Below, one piece after another: positions 51,644 to 64,000 of a stretch of DNA of 64,000 bases. This DNA comes from Schmidtea polychroa (Eukaryota). The translations under genes were made by a program, and so were the position numbers. The DNA lies in NCBI GenBank assembly GCA_044892525.1, contig CM097885.1:225494001-225558000 (forward strand). The letters are read 5' to 3'. Numbering within the stretch: the stretch's first letter is position 1; each line of letters begins with the position of its first letter. The notes beneath the pieces were generated by a model. The model did no database searches. It was given only the letters and a program-made list of their open reading frames with translations, and was not told the origin of the DNA.

Positions 51644-52290
51644 AACCAAAGTTTAAAAGGACTTATGAAATTGACAATTACTTAGTATCAATCTTACTAA
51701 ATAAGGAAGCTACTTGTTTAGATAGTCCCAGCTACATTGGCAAACTGTATGGGACTTATCTAAACTTAGAATGTATCAGCTGCAGTATGAAGAGTTACAA
51801 AAATATCTTAACGAATTCAACTGTAAAATTATTATCGTTGCAGGTGATACGGATTCATTTTTCTTTGAAGTAAAAAACTGTAAGCATTATGTTCTTTTAC
51901 CAGCCATGATCCGAGATAATTTGTTTGACACTTCTAATTACAATCCTAGTCATCCAAATATGCAGTAGGAACCTTGATTCTGTCATTGGAAAGTTCAAAG
52001 TCGAGAATAAAGGACTTAAATATAAGTAGTGGGTTTTTCTTAGGCCTAAATGCTATAGTTTTTAGGTGATGACGAAATTAAAAAAGCTATGAGTAACATT
52101 GAAAGGTAGTGACATAAAACATCAGTCAATAACGGGATTGTAATATTAGAAACCAAATTTTTCTATACCACAAACTAAACTAACCACCAAAAATCACCAG
52201 CTATTCACCATAAAAAATGAAAAACTGCATTTACCAACGCAGATGATAAAAGGGTTTGGATGCAGAAAAATAAAAGTTATGCACATGGTC
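51260..52290 (+). pseudogene. Second, diverged Maverick-type pPolB fragment
   Basis: AEKMC...LTHHPKKNYVI...HRAIKF, LSKLRMYQLQY, VAGDTDSFF, IGKFK...VFLRPKCYS; collinear with 47250-46272 but clearly diverged. Split by (AC)n(AT)n at 51603-51643. Confidence 0.88.
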
Positions 52291-52739
52291 ATTATATGGG
52301 AGGTGCCTCATTTACTGTTCAACAATTCGATCCGTATTCATCATTCTCGCAATTCAATGAATTAGCTGATTCTTAGAATCACCAGATGTTATTTAAATAA
52401 ATCTTTGTTAAAAAATTGTTTTTATTGATTTTATTTTTGATTTAAATGTTTAATAAGTTTGACTAATATATATTTATATTTTGAATATTTTTGTCTCAGT
52501 TTGCGTAAATTAGTAAACAAGAGTAATAAGAATTACAGATAAGAAATAATAATTTAAATTTAAACTAAAACAAATTAAATTAAATAACAAAATAAAGATA
52601 TAAAACTATTATAATTAATTAATTAAAACTAAAATAATAAAATAAAAGGAAACAATTATTGAAAATATTTGTTAACTTCTGATTAATTATTGAGTAGTAA
52701 GGGGATGGGTACCAAATTGCTGCCGTAAGCTCATATATA

Positions 52740-53830
52740 CCCACTAAGATGGATCCCTCAATTTATTATCAAATTATTTACCGAGAATATCACCATGTAT
52801 CACCATATGTAGATGATATCTTTATCATGGCCAAAAGCAGAAAAGAAGACGAGGAAATATTTCATACATTCAACTCGGCTCACCAAGATCCAATATCCGG
52901 AAGAAGATGGATCCCTCAATTTATTAGATTTAAGAATTAAAATAGAAACAAATACTCCAACATACGGGTTCTACAAAAAACCAACTCGCAAAGAAATATT
53001 TATGCAACAAAGATCAGCGCTTCCATACTTACAGAAAGTACACGTCATAAAAAACGAGAAACAAAGGATATTCAATCTATATACTGAAGAAAACGAGAAC
53101 TTTAAAAAGTAATTGAATTTCAATAAAATCCTACACAGAAATGGATATCAAGGTGAGAACATTGAAAGAATGAATTCTACCCGAAAAAGATTTAGGGAAT
53201 TAACACAAAATATGAAGAAATTTTTTATCTTAATATCGCATTCATCAGTGACATACTCGTCTTCAAGATCCTGAAAGAACTTAAACACACCGGTCTTCCG
53301 ATTCGGACATCTTGGACATTGAGAAAAGCTCTGGCAAACACAAAAAAAGAAAACAATTGCACAATGGAAAATTGCCAAACACCGAAAGATATGTACTTTA
53401 GAAGATACATTGTCTATTGAATCACGTGCAATGTATGCATCGAAATTTACATTGGAAGTACACTCAAATCCTTGCGCCAAACAGTTAAAGAACATCTAGA
53501 TCCTGGTGGAAAACCCTTGGTAAACAGACATCTCCAACAATGTCGAAATCGTAGCCAATAGAAACATCCAATAAAATGTCAGAATCAAAGAAGCAATTCT
53601 CATTATAAACAGACGGCCAACAATCAACACTATAGAAGAAATCAATGAAATCATCAATTTGATCTGTTGTCATTGACCTTGAGAATAACTGATAATATAA
53701 AAAAATTATAAAAAATAATAATTAAAATAATATAAAATATTTAGGAAATATGCTTTCAAAATGATAGGAATAAAAATCAAAAATTGACACATTTATTAAA
53801 ATATTTAAATCGCGTTTATAAATAATTATT
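52740..53830 (+). mobile_element. Penelope-like element: RT C-terminus and GIY-YIG endonuclease
   Basis: YVDDIF, LNLLDLRI, FYKKPT, LHRNGY, IVY*ITCNVCIEIYIGST...VKEHL. Confidence 0.85.
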
Positions 53831-54017
53831 GGAAGCTATATTTTAAAAATATTTTTTATTAAAATAGGCTTCTATGAGCTAATTATAAAAGCTTTAGAAA
53901 TTCTTCAGAAAAAGAAAGTATATCATTATAATATATTTTTAACCAATGAGAAGAAAAAGGAAATAAAAGAAAGATCGAGATGTATGTTCGGAAAGAAGAA
54001 TGCTAAATTTCAGGAGA

Positions 54018-54108
54018 TTGACAAGGACTATCCTATAGTCGAAAATTCTTTCAATAAAAATACATTATTCGCAGCAAAAGGCTTAAATTATCGCTTTAAT
54101 ATTCTAGT
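54018..54108 (+). repeat. ~90-bp segment homologous to 39548-39636 (inverted)
   Basis: TTGACAAGGACTATC...AATACATTATT(C/T)GCAGCAAAAGGCTTAAATTATC(G/A)CTTTA in both; both encode NTLFAAKGLNY(R/H)F. Confidence 0.75.
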
Positions 54109-54285
54109 AACATCTAACAGTGATGATGTGACATCACGTTCTACAAACTTCCTTCCTTTCCTTTTATCACACAATAACAAGTGTCCGACCTCACTCTTCA
54201 CAATTGCGTGATGTCATTATTTATTATGTCTTCATTTTCCTAAAGAATTTTAATTAAATTTTGTGCTTATATTTACTTTTACAGG

Positions 54286-54847
54286 CAGGGGTTCATCCAG
54301 ACCATCTAGTAAAGGAGGACAATTTTTAGGTTTTAGTGGCAACCGCAGACAAGCCCACAAATCGAAAAACTTGTTTACTTTTTTTCTTTGAGACTAATTA
54401 TTGAGACTCATTATAATTGATTATAGCAATAATCTATAATAATTTTCATTATAAACTGATAGTAAATTAATAATACACAATTCTTTAAAAATTTTAATTT
54501 TGAAATTAATTTGTATTTACTATTTATTATATTTTTAACTAACACAGCATGGTGTTTGAAAACGGAAGTAAATTAGGTTTATTGAGTAATATGAATTTTA
54601 ATAAAGTTGGGCAGTGCGTATCTTAAATCGGACTATTGGGACACCAATATATGACGTCATTTTATTGTTACATTACATAGATAAAGAGAGTAAAAGAATG
54701 ATACTCAAACTTTCGCATTTGAACAATTTTGTTGACATTGCATACTTTCTTTAAAAAGGGCTGCAAAAACCAAGTAAATATCACTAAAGAAATTTCTTCC
54801 CAAATAATATAATGGGGGTTCGATCGCCCCCTATGGATCCGCCACTG
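54286..54847. mobile_element. hAT MITE
   Basis: Ends CAGGGGTTCATCCAG / ATGGATCCGCCACTG; degenerate 8-bp TSD TTTACAGG/CTTGCAGG. Confidence 0.6.
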
Positions 54848-55042
54848 CTTGCAGGTAACCTTTTAATAATATATCTCATCAAGGATTTCAAATAACGTTG
54901 AATATAATAAAACGAAATTTATTAATATTACTCCAAAATTTTTCATTTTCATTTTTTAAAGAAATTAAATAATAAATCTTAAACCTTCAAAATTTCATCA
55001 TAAAACTATTTATGTTTTGTTTTAAATAACAAATGAAATTAC

Positions 55043-55276
55043 CTTGAAAATAAATAATGAAAAAATTTTCATTAAATTATCGAGATTCTGCGACACAATT
55101 GTTTCATTACCGCGATTATATTTATCGAAAAACGTGTCCTTGTACATATTTTTTCTCCTGATAAAATGATCCCTAACATATATTGTTTTAAGTTCATCTA
55201 CAAAATCTTGCCCTTCTATAATGTCGATTCCATTACTATAGATATTAACTGAGTTGGACATGCAAATCTCAAACAG
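55043..55276 (-). CDS. Putative isolated host exon, unknown product
   Basis: CAG acceptor, 78 open codons (LFEICMSNSVNIY...FSLFIFK), AAG|GTAATT donor, phase 0-0. Partner exons not established. Confidence 0.4.
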
Positions 55277-55960
55277 CTGATTAATGTAACTATTCTTTTC
55301 CTTAAAATATTAATTATTATCAGATTTCAAGATTCGAAAATTTAAAATAGCTTTTTTAAAATTTATTTGCTTCTTTAAACGCGTAAAATATTTATTAATA
55401 AGAAATAACTTTGGAATTATCGATAATCAAAATTTAATGTTTTGAGATTATAAAGGCGCGGAACATAGTTCCAGGACTTCATGTCTAAAATGGCAATATT
55501 TGGAAAAATCTTGTGAAGAATAAAATTTCGAATAACACTAATGTAAGATATTTCTGTACCCTGATATTTTTGGACAATTTCATTTTAATATCTATGATAA
55601 TTGATGACTGAAACCTTTCTTAAGTTACATACTTAACACTTTAATTTCCGTTTGAAAATTTTAATGGATTAATTTGTAAGATTCTGTACAATCCTCAAAT
55701 ATTATTCTAGTGTATGTTGCAGTCAGTCTATGCAGAAAAATTGTCGGTATAACCGAAACACTTGTAACGAACAATACGGCAACCAAAACATGTCACCAGG
55801 CGGTACAAGCGGTAGATAACGTTTTAAGCATATTAGACTAAGGTTAAAGGGTACCATTAAAGAGTGAAAACCAACGTTATGGGCCCATGTGCATAGAACA
55901 TACATATTTTTCTGTTTTTTTATTCACATTTTGGATTTCCATAAATTATCCAAAGTTGGA

Positions 55961-56060
55961 TGTTAGCCACTGAACTTCTGGTATTAATTGAATCCATTTA
56001 AAATCAAGATTTCGAATATAACGTTTTATTATTTAATAACAATAATATTTAAACAAATCA
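55961..56060 (-). repeat. 3' end of a third LTR variant of the same Gypsy lineage (solo or 3' LTR)
   Basis: Ends ...GTGGCTAACA with no PBS after it; alignable with 57506-57600 and 24244-24330. Confidence 0.75.
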
Positions 56061-56667
56061 AATCATACTATTTTTACATTATTTATCAATACACTTGGTA
56101 TTACTTACAATTAATCACATAATATTATATCATTTTCTTCTTCTCATTTGAAAACATTAATTTTACTTAAATAATTAAATTTATTTGACGATTCTTTGAA
56201 TATGCATCCATAAAATACTTATCAACATATATTGTATATTATTAAATTTTTTATAATCCAAAACACAATCACAATTATTCTCTTTCAAACTAACACAATC
56301 ATTTACAATTATATAATCCTTACTCATACCATGAATTAACTTTAAGGGGCTCGCTCTTTTTCCCTCGAGAATCGTATGAACTAGTCACTGCGACTGACAT
56401 ACAAAAACAAAACAATGTTAATTAAATGGTTTATTTTACAGGGAAAAAAACAATAATATTATATTAATAAGGAATAGAACAATAATATTATATTAATAAG
56501 GAATAGAACAATCAATACTATAGAATAAAAGACAAAAATATGTCATTTGTTAAAATTCACTAAATAGTTACCAAGAAGAACAAGGAACTCGCAAATCATA
56601 GAATAATTTAATTTAGGGCTCTCGCAAGCCCCCACGAGCCCTTATAGTTCACCACTGCTTTCATTTA

Positions 56668-57660
56668 TTTCTTCTATCACCACCTGGTGTGTTGGAGCAT
56701 TTATAGTAGGGTACTTTGATCCAGAATCTTAGTTTTCATCATCGAATCGTCGAATGAACCATTTTTGTCTTCTTCCTGATATTCCCAAAATATTGATGCG
56801 GTGGACCATGTGTTCGAGTTTGATATTTTTAGAATTATTAACTCTACTTTTTTCCATCAGTGTATTTTATTTTGCAACCATTTATCCTCTTCTTGGAATT
56901 TCACTTTTATTCCTTCGATAAAATACTTTTTTTTGTCTGATCGATTTTCAAAATTATATATTGGTAAAGTTTTCTTTACTAAATCAGATAACGTTGATTT
57001 TTATTCATTACAGCAACTTCATTATTATATGAATTAATTTTTCTTGCAGCTTGGTCATGTTTCTCCAATCTTATTTTCAAATTATCGAATGATTTTAAAT
57101 CCAGCCTTATGAGATCCTTCTTTATTTCTTTATCTTCGAGCAAATTAAACATTAAAACTTTCTTTAATTCTTGTTCATCCAATTTATGTTTTAAAATATT
57201 CTTCGCCTGCAGTATTAACATTTTCGTAACGATAATTGAGTGATTCATTCAGCCCATCAATTATTTTCAGTCTATTTTTGGAAAATGCTTTCCTTAATTT
57301 CTCTTTATAATGAAGATTTTGAATTATCAACTCATATTTCTTGATAGCATTGATTATGAGAAATGCTTTGACGAATTTACTTCTGAGGTCATAGGCAATA
57401 ATTGTCATGTCAAAAGATCTTTCCGTTTCAATATTAAAATCTTCTATATATGCATCCATATCATATGTTTCTGGTAGCTTCAAAAATTTGTCATTGTGGT
57501 CGCCATGTTAACCACAGAACCTCTAGTATTAATTGAATCCATTTAGATTTTGAATACAGCGATTTATTATTTAATAATAATATTTAAACAAATCTAATAA
57601 TAATTCGTTTGAGGAGTTTCTATAAAAATAATCAATGTATAAGTATACATGCATACATAC
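56668..57660 (-). mobile_element. Gypsy 5' LTR end, PBS and degraded gag (sister family of 24244-28836)
   Basis: LTR ends GTTAACA|TGGCGACCAC; gag KLPETYDMDAYIEDF...RSKFVKAFL...FNLLEDKEIKKDL; ends ...YPTINAPTHQVVIEEIN, matching YPNGNAPPHEEVIGAIN. Confidence 0.88.
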
Positions 57661-57689
57661 AATGCAAATTTAATTTAGGAATATTTAGT

Positions 57690-57930
57690 AATTAACAATG
57701 TGGTAAAAGCATTACAGCCATTAAAAATTTGTATTGAGAGACTTGGCAGATGCGGCGTAATACTGCTTGAACCAGAGGATGTATTTGTGCTTATTTTGTA
57801 TGAGTAAGACAAAATGAATAGTAGTTTTTCGTCTAAAAGGCTGGAATCTGTCCAACAGAGAATTGTCGAACGAACGAATAGTAACTCAATTGGCTCACGA
57901 AAATACCTGAACAACTCATCAAATTAAAAC
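57690..57930 (+). pseudogene. Probable hAT-like transposase internal remnant
   Basis: VKALQPLKICIERLGR...SFSSKRLESVQQRIVER...KYLNN resembles the helical region after the hAT core (from memory). Confidence 0.4.
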
Positions 57931-58439
57931 TCAAGATACGAATCGGAAGTAAATTTCATATACTACTGCCGTCTAAATAAGTATTGTAATATTGCAATCA
58001 GTATTGTTGCAAATACGGATTCTTGTGATTTAGATACTAGTAGTGGTGATACTGAAAATTAACTGATGGCAGAGCGAGAAATTATGCCTGAATTATCACT
58101 TCATGGAAGTTGGATGTTGCTATTTCGAATGTGACACAAGTTGCGAACGCCGAAGATTTCAATGAAACAGCGGGAAAACGCACAGATAACAAATAAAAAT
58201 TATATGATGCACAATATGCCATTCCATAGACATTAATTGCATTCATTGAAAATTAGTAGTAAGATCTTTTTTGAATTCTGAATCTGAATTAAAGATATTT
58301 CTGAATTCACAACATGCTTATGAACTAATTAAGTGTATTCATGCAATTTAAAAAAACTCCGGGACACTGGGATTTGAAAATGTCGGGAAATGAAAAGAAC
58401 TTTATAATATAGCCTTAATGCAGTTAATTTTTTGATGTG

Positions 58440-59827
58440 ATGAACGAAATTTTTAAATTTTTATTTGTCTTCCACAAAAAGATGGGCAGTTCTGAAATCA
58501 CAATTGAAATTTCATTCTAAAGTGCTTAAATATTTATCAGAAACTAGGTGGGAGGCACACTCAAAATCTACAGAAACTATTTATAATGCTATCACCGAAT
58601 CAGTGACACCGATGCACTCAATAATTTACATAATGGGCGAACAATCTTTTAGAGAAGATGGAAAATTTTGAATTCGTGTTTATGCTCTATTTATGGAATC
58701 GACTACTAAAGGCATTTTTCGAGAATAAATAAAATTCTTCAAAACCCTAATATTTTTCTTAGTAGTTGTGGAGATTGATAGAGGTCACTTTTGGATATTT
58801 TAGGTGAAATTAGGGAGAGATTTGATGTAATTGAGCTTCAAGCAAAAAGACGTTGCCAAATACTGAATATAGACTGCCAGAAAGATAAAAAGAAGTAAAA
58901 AGCAATGGAATTACGAAAATTCATCTGATCCTGAAGCTCGTTTGAAAATATTTTTATTTGAAAAGAAAATAGAAGATAAAAATTTAGAATTTAATTCCGA
59001 AAACTAGATTGATTTATAATTTATAAGTATGAGTTGTCATGATGATGAAGAGATAAAATAGTAAATAATGATGAATAATTTTATTTTAAGAGATTATTAG
59101 CAATATATGAAAGTTCATTTCGTTATTTCGTATATTTAACAAATTTGTGGATATAGACGGAAAAAGGCTTTATAAAAACCTGAATACATTAATTTCTGAA
59201 TATTCACCATTTATTTCCAAAATGCTGTTAGAAAATGAAAATATGTTGAGAAGAATATACAAAAGTAAGTTTAAGTTAAAAATTATTATAACTTACTTTA
59301 AATTGTAAAAATTTCATAATTTTGAAAATTCATATTTAAAAAAAATTGCTGACAAATTATGAGTCATTTATAGGTTTGTACACCAAATTGTATTACATTA
59401 TGTAAAAAAATATTTAAAATATGTAAAAATCGCTTACCATAAAATCATAACTTACAGAAAATTTTATATAAATTACCAAATAGCACTATAAAATATTCTG
59501 TACTAAAAATTATAACAAATCCAACTCGAATTCAAATTTTTAAAAATTTTATAATCTTTTTTTTTATATACAACAAATTTGAAAACCCATCAGTAAAAGC
59601 GGTCAGTAAAATAAAAACAAAGTACTACTTATAAATAATATTAATGTATATCAATAGTATTATCTTGTTTAATTCTTATTTTCTATTACATAATTTAATT
59701 ATAATTATCAATAAATATATAAAAATTTTGAAAAAAAATTACAAAGAAAATTATATTGCAAACGCTCTTTTTCGGTTGGTGCCCCTAGGCAGTTGCCTAT
59801 GTTTGCCTATTAATAAAGGCGCCCATG
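58440..59827 (+). mobile_element. Degraded hAT transposon, 3' half with right end
   Basis: SSTKRWAVLK...LKYLSETRWEAH; terminal GGTGCCCCTAGGCAGTTGCCTA...GGCGCCCATG at 59827. Confidence 0.75.
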
Positions 59828-60597
59828 ATTATATACGATATTATTCTATTAAACCATTTGTGTCAGTTAACTTTTATATATGTATCTCCATTTCTGACAC
59901 AGGTCAAAAATTTTACAATTTTATATGTAAAAATGAAGACTCACTAGCTAGAAAAAGAGTTGACAGCCTTTAAGAAAGAAAAAATTGCTGACAAATTATG
60001 AGTCATTTATTGGTTTGTACACCAATTTTTATTATATTATGTAAAAAAAAATTTAAAATATGTAAAAATCACTTACCATAAAATCATAACTTACAGAAAA
60101 TTTTATATAAATTACCAAATAGCACTATAAAATATTCTGTACTAAAAATTATAACAAATCCAACTCGAATTCAAATTTTTAAAAATTATATAATCTTTTT
60201 ATTTTACATACAACAAATTTGAAAACCCATCAGTAAAACAAAAACAAAGAACTACTTATAAATAATATTAATGTATATCAATAGTATTATCTTGTTTAAT
60301 TCTTATTTTCTATTACATAATTTAATTATAATTATCAATAAATATATAAAAATTTGAAAAAAAAATTACAAAGAAAATTATATTGCAAACGCCCTTTTTC
60401 AGTTGGTGCCCCTAGGCAGTTGCCTATTAATAATGGCGCCCATGATTATATACGATATTATTTCATAAAACCATTTGTGTCAGTGCAATTTTAAATATGT
60501 ATTTCCAAGTCTGCCAGTCCATAAATTTTACAATTTTATATGTAAAAATGAGGACTCAATAGCTAGAAAAAAAGAGTTGACAGCTTTTAGGAAAGAA
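59341..60597 (+). repeat. Tandem duplication, two units of ~639 and ~618 bp
   Basis: 59341-59979 and 59980-60597 align end to end with two small indels; each unit contains the hAT right end plus flank. Confidence 0.92.
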
Positions 60598-60785
60598 ACT
60601 TTTCTTCGTGGAAACTAAATAAACAATTATTTGCAGACTTCTAAACTTCGGTAAAAACATCCGATATGTGTTGTGAAAGAATGCGCTTTTGTGGGATTGC
60701 ATGACAAAATGCCAAATAACAATTTATCTTAGCAAAGTGAAAACGTTTGTTCTTGAAGAGTGCAATTAATAAAAAGTAAATAAAA

Positions 60786-61324
60786 TTAGTTTATTCTTAT
60801 GTTAAGTAAGATTGGCAAGTCAATATCAATCTATTGTTTGAGTATCGTTATAGAAAATTAGAATATGAAAATTCAAACTCAAATAACATACCAAATATTT
60901 TGTAAAACTATTGTAAATAAGGAACATGGAATTATCAGGCCCATTTGATAATTCTTCTAGTTTTAGAGAAAAGAGTAAATTGTCGATATTAAACACCTTT
61001 TGTCCAAATCGGATTGTATTTTCTGTCAAATGCTTTACTAACATTCTACTACCCAATAAATCAGTGGAATCATTATCAACCAAAGCAATCAAGATGTCAT
61101 TTTTATAATCTGTGAACTACAAATTAAAGAAAAAAGTATAAATATCTCGATTATAAATATTTTGTAAATTAAATTGAAGGCGTAAAGAAAGAACATCATT
61201 GATATAAACACCCGGATTATATCCATATAAAAGATAAACTCCAAAGAAATCTCAGTTCTTTTTATGGAAAGAGATGAACTATTTTCATTTTCTTTAGTAT
61301 CACTATTGGTTTGAGAATGTAGTT
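60786..61324 (-). CDS. Putative multi-exon host gene of unknown product (3' part)
   Basis: Phase-compatible exons 61324-61212, 61116-60892 (GTATGT donor) and 60830-60786 with 95- and 61-bp introns: ELHSQTNSD...MDIIR|FTDYKNDILIALVDND...FTKYL|IDIDLPILLNIRIN*. Confidence 0.45.
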
Positions 61325-62689
61325 CTTCGATAAGAATGGGAAAACAATTTACTTTGTAACATTACATTGTATATATATTGTATATATGCATTTCACATTT
61401 AATTGATTGATTTAAAGTTTAAATTTTAAACAATTGAATTATTTAAAAATTTTATTTTTATTTCATTATTATCTTTATCAATTTAAATTTATTTTTTAAA
61501 ATAAATTTTTCCTGTTCTTTTCTTAAATTCGGCACTCTTTGCCATAGCTCCTTCGTACATGACCAATAATCAATCTTAATCTTTTATATTATTAATTATT
61601 CTTTTCGAGTTGGCATATTTTTTTCAAATGCCTTATTTCTCTTAATTATGTTGGTGATTGCAACTTCTTGTGTTCCTCAATTTTATTATACATGTTTTAT
61701 TAATACTCACTGTGTTGTGTACTTTACTTTGTATTATTTGGTGTATAATCATAGATTTTAATTCCACTTAGTACGGTTTTTATGCTATGTATTTCCAACT
61801 CCTTAAAACAAGCTCTCAATTTCTTGGCTCTGACCCAAAAATATATTTTTTTCAATTTTGACCTTCCATAAAAACCTTCAAAATGACCCTTGTCATACCC
61901 CTTATTTACTTGGATCTCGACAATAAACATTCGGATACCCTGAGTATCACCCTTCGAAATGAGCCACAATTCGCAGAAATACAGTGTCAGGAACTCTCAA
62001 TAATCAGCTTTGACCATTTGTTACCTGTTTTTAAAGTTGATTTAATATATCAAAAAACTGAAAGATTTTCAGAAAAATTATTAAGATTCGTTAAAATAAA
62101 TTAAATTTGATTTGACCTACATAAAACTCTGAAATATTTTCGTGAAAATAACTTAAAAATCGTGAAAATTAATAAAAACTTTGAAAAATTTATTTCACCG
62201 ACATAAAATTATTTAGTGACCTACATAAATATACTAGGAATTTTAGGAAAAATTTTATACCTCTGGGGTGAAGGGATATCTGAGCCAGCAGTGGCCAATA
62301 CATCTACTGCTTATTACTAGATTTTAATTAACTATACTTAATATCAAATCTAACTCCGTTTAATGATAGTTTTAAAGTATCTAGGATTCCTAGAATAATT
62401 GAAATTGCTGGAAAAACCGTTGTAGCCCCATAAGCAGCAGTATCAAACATTGATGTCGAATCCAATCTAGCGTAGAGTAAAATAAATTTATTGTTTTTGA
62501 CAATATTTTTTTTGTTAAAGAATCCTAAGTAATAATTATTTCCAATATATTCTTCACAATATTGGGCTTTTTTAATCTAAATAATAATAAAAATAATTAT
62601 AGTAATAGTAATAATAAATAATAATTTAAATAAAAATAATAATAATAATAAATAAATAAATCATATATAATCACATTAAATCATATAAA

Positions 62690-63180
62690 ATCACATTGAG
62701 AGAAGTTCTGGCAAAAAACACATAAAAAGAAAACAATTGCACAATGGAAAACTGCCAGACACCGAAAGATATGTGCTTCCGAAAAAACATTGTCTATTGC
62801 AATGCTCGCAACGTAAGCAAAGAAATACACTTTGGAAGTACTCTCAGGACCTTGCACCAAAGAGTTAAAGAACATCTAGCTCTTGGTGAAAATCCTCGAC
62901 ATACAGACATCTCGTACAATGTCAACCAAGGAAGGAAAGAAAAATATTTCAATTGAAATCTTTGCCAATGGCAACATCCAAAAGAAAAATGTCAAATTTA
63001 AAGAGCCAATTGTTATTGTCCTTGAGAATATCTTTTATAAAATTAAAAAAATAATAATTTAATAATAGTAATGAAAAACTATATCTAAGGAAATATACTT
63101 TTAGAAATCGATAGGAATGGAAATCAAAATATAAACATTTTTTTTAAATTTTAAAACTATATTTTTATAAATATTTTATG
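62690..63180 (+). mobile_element. 5'-truncated Penelope-like element, same family as 52740-53830
   Basis: MENCQTPKDMCFRKNIVY...FGSTLRTLHQRVKEHL; 3' tail alignable with 53680-53800; follows a (TAA)-rich tract at 62581-62660. Confidence 0.85.
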
Positions 63181-63289
63181 ATTATTTCTCTTATTATTTT
63201 TCTTTTTTCTCTTATATTTAAATTCACATGTTTCTTGACTTGTTAAATAAACGTAAAGATGAACAATATGAAACAGAGATTTAAAGAAA

Positions 63290-63860
63290 ATCAATAGATA
63301 CTGGCTTCTATACAACCCCGGAAAGTTTTTGTGGATTTATTTTCCACTTTTAAAAATTCAGTAAAAAGTGTAAATAAATTAGTTGAATTACTGATGAAGA
63401 ACGATTAGTCAAAACGGGTTTATTGTTAATTTTGAAAGAGACTGTTGATAAATGTATGAATAATGCTAACGATCTTATTATGTGTGAATATAAATTGACC
63501 GATATGTCGAATGATGTAGTGAATATGAGTATTGATACTAACAAAGAAGATGAGCCAAATTATACGATGGTATTGCCGTATTCAGAAGGATATAAAGATT
63601 ACAAAAGAAAGATAGATGAACAGCTGGGTAAATTGAATTATAAATTTTTTTCGAAATCGTGCAAAGCGCGTAGTATGTTTGTTAGTAAATCTCAAACTCC
63701 GTTTGGATTGTGTTCAGATCTCGTTTATCAATTCACATGTAATGGGTGTAATGCCACATACACTGGAGAGAATTCCCGTCATCTATGTATTTGAGAGCCA
63801 GAACAATGTCGACAGAAGGGAGTGTCCAATATTAAAATTTTATCAAAAAATTATGATAAT
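63290..63860 (+). mobile_element. Penelope-like element of a different family (GIY-YIG region)
   Basis: MVLPY...SDLVYQFTCNGCNATYTGENSRHL. Confidence 0.8.
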
Positions 63861-64000
63861 TTTTTTGAGTGTGTGATATGTGAAGCATAATTGATAACAA
63901 CTTTTAATGTGCAGAATGCCATGAATACGTGTGTGTTGAATGTTTTTAATAAAGTTTTTGTATGTTGATGTATATTGAATAATAATTATGTTAATAATTA

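Noticed and set aside
53600-53830. Hammerhead ribozyme in Penelope tails
   Set aside because: No CTGATGA...GAAA core with flanking helices found by eye.
56451-56510. 29-bp tandem direct repeat
   Set aside because: Ordinary slippage in AT-rich DNA.
61724-62104. Overlapping short ORFs on both strands
   Set aside because: No recognisable motif or splice support.
1-64000. tRNA, rRNA or snRNA genes, and the many short antisense ORFs in the track
   Set aside because: No structured-RNA signatures recognised by eye (tRNAscan-SE/Infernal not run); ORFs such as 12389, 16209, 25338, 26991 and 49858 are antisense shadows of transposon genes.

Overview
Very AT-rich eukaryotic DNA, probably from an animal with a compact, possibly parasitic-type genome (inferred from short GT-AG introns; the taxon cannot be determined here). 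The only confidently identified host gene is a multi-exon UBE2O-like E2/E3 hybrid on the minus strand (ATG 9984), whose C-terminal UBC domain lies beyond the left edge. The rest is mostly nested, decayed transposons: (1) Ty3/Gypsy LTR elements, including one structurally complete 4.6-kb provirus with a 5-bp TSD nested in a Tc1-like non-autonomous element; (2) an RLE-type (NeSL/Utopia-like) non-LTR element in rearranged pieces; (3) Tigger/pogo, DD34E Tc1, piggyBac and several hAT elements and MITEs; (4) three Penelope-like GIY-YIG fragments; (5) a decayed Maverick/Polinton with ATPase, integrase chromodomain, penton, core protein, major capsid, adenain protease and pPolB, plus a second pPolB relic. 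A few orphan host exons lie between the elements. Strongest unusual signal: four LTR copies from three diverged variants all keep a 12-codon frame, MD(S/F)INTR(S/G)SV(A/V)N, in the last 37 nt of the LTR, mostly through synonymous changes, and in the 5' LTRs it reads through the PBS into Gag. Also notable are a possible intronless Bcl-2-like relic beside the Maverick and an unexplained ~620-codon repeat-bearing frame inside the non-LTR mosaic. All identifications are by eye from motifs; no searches were run.
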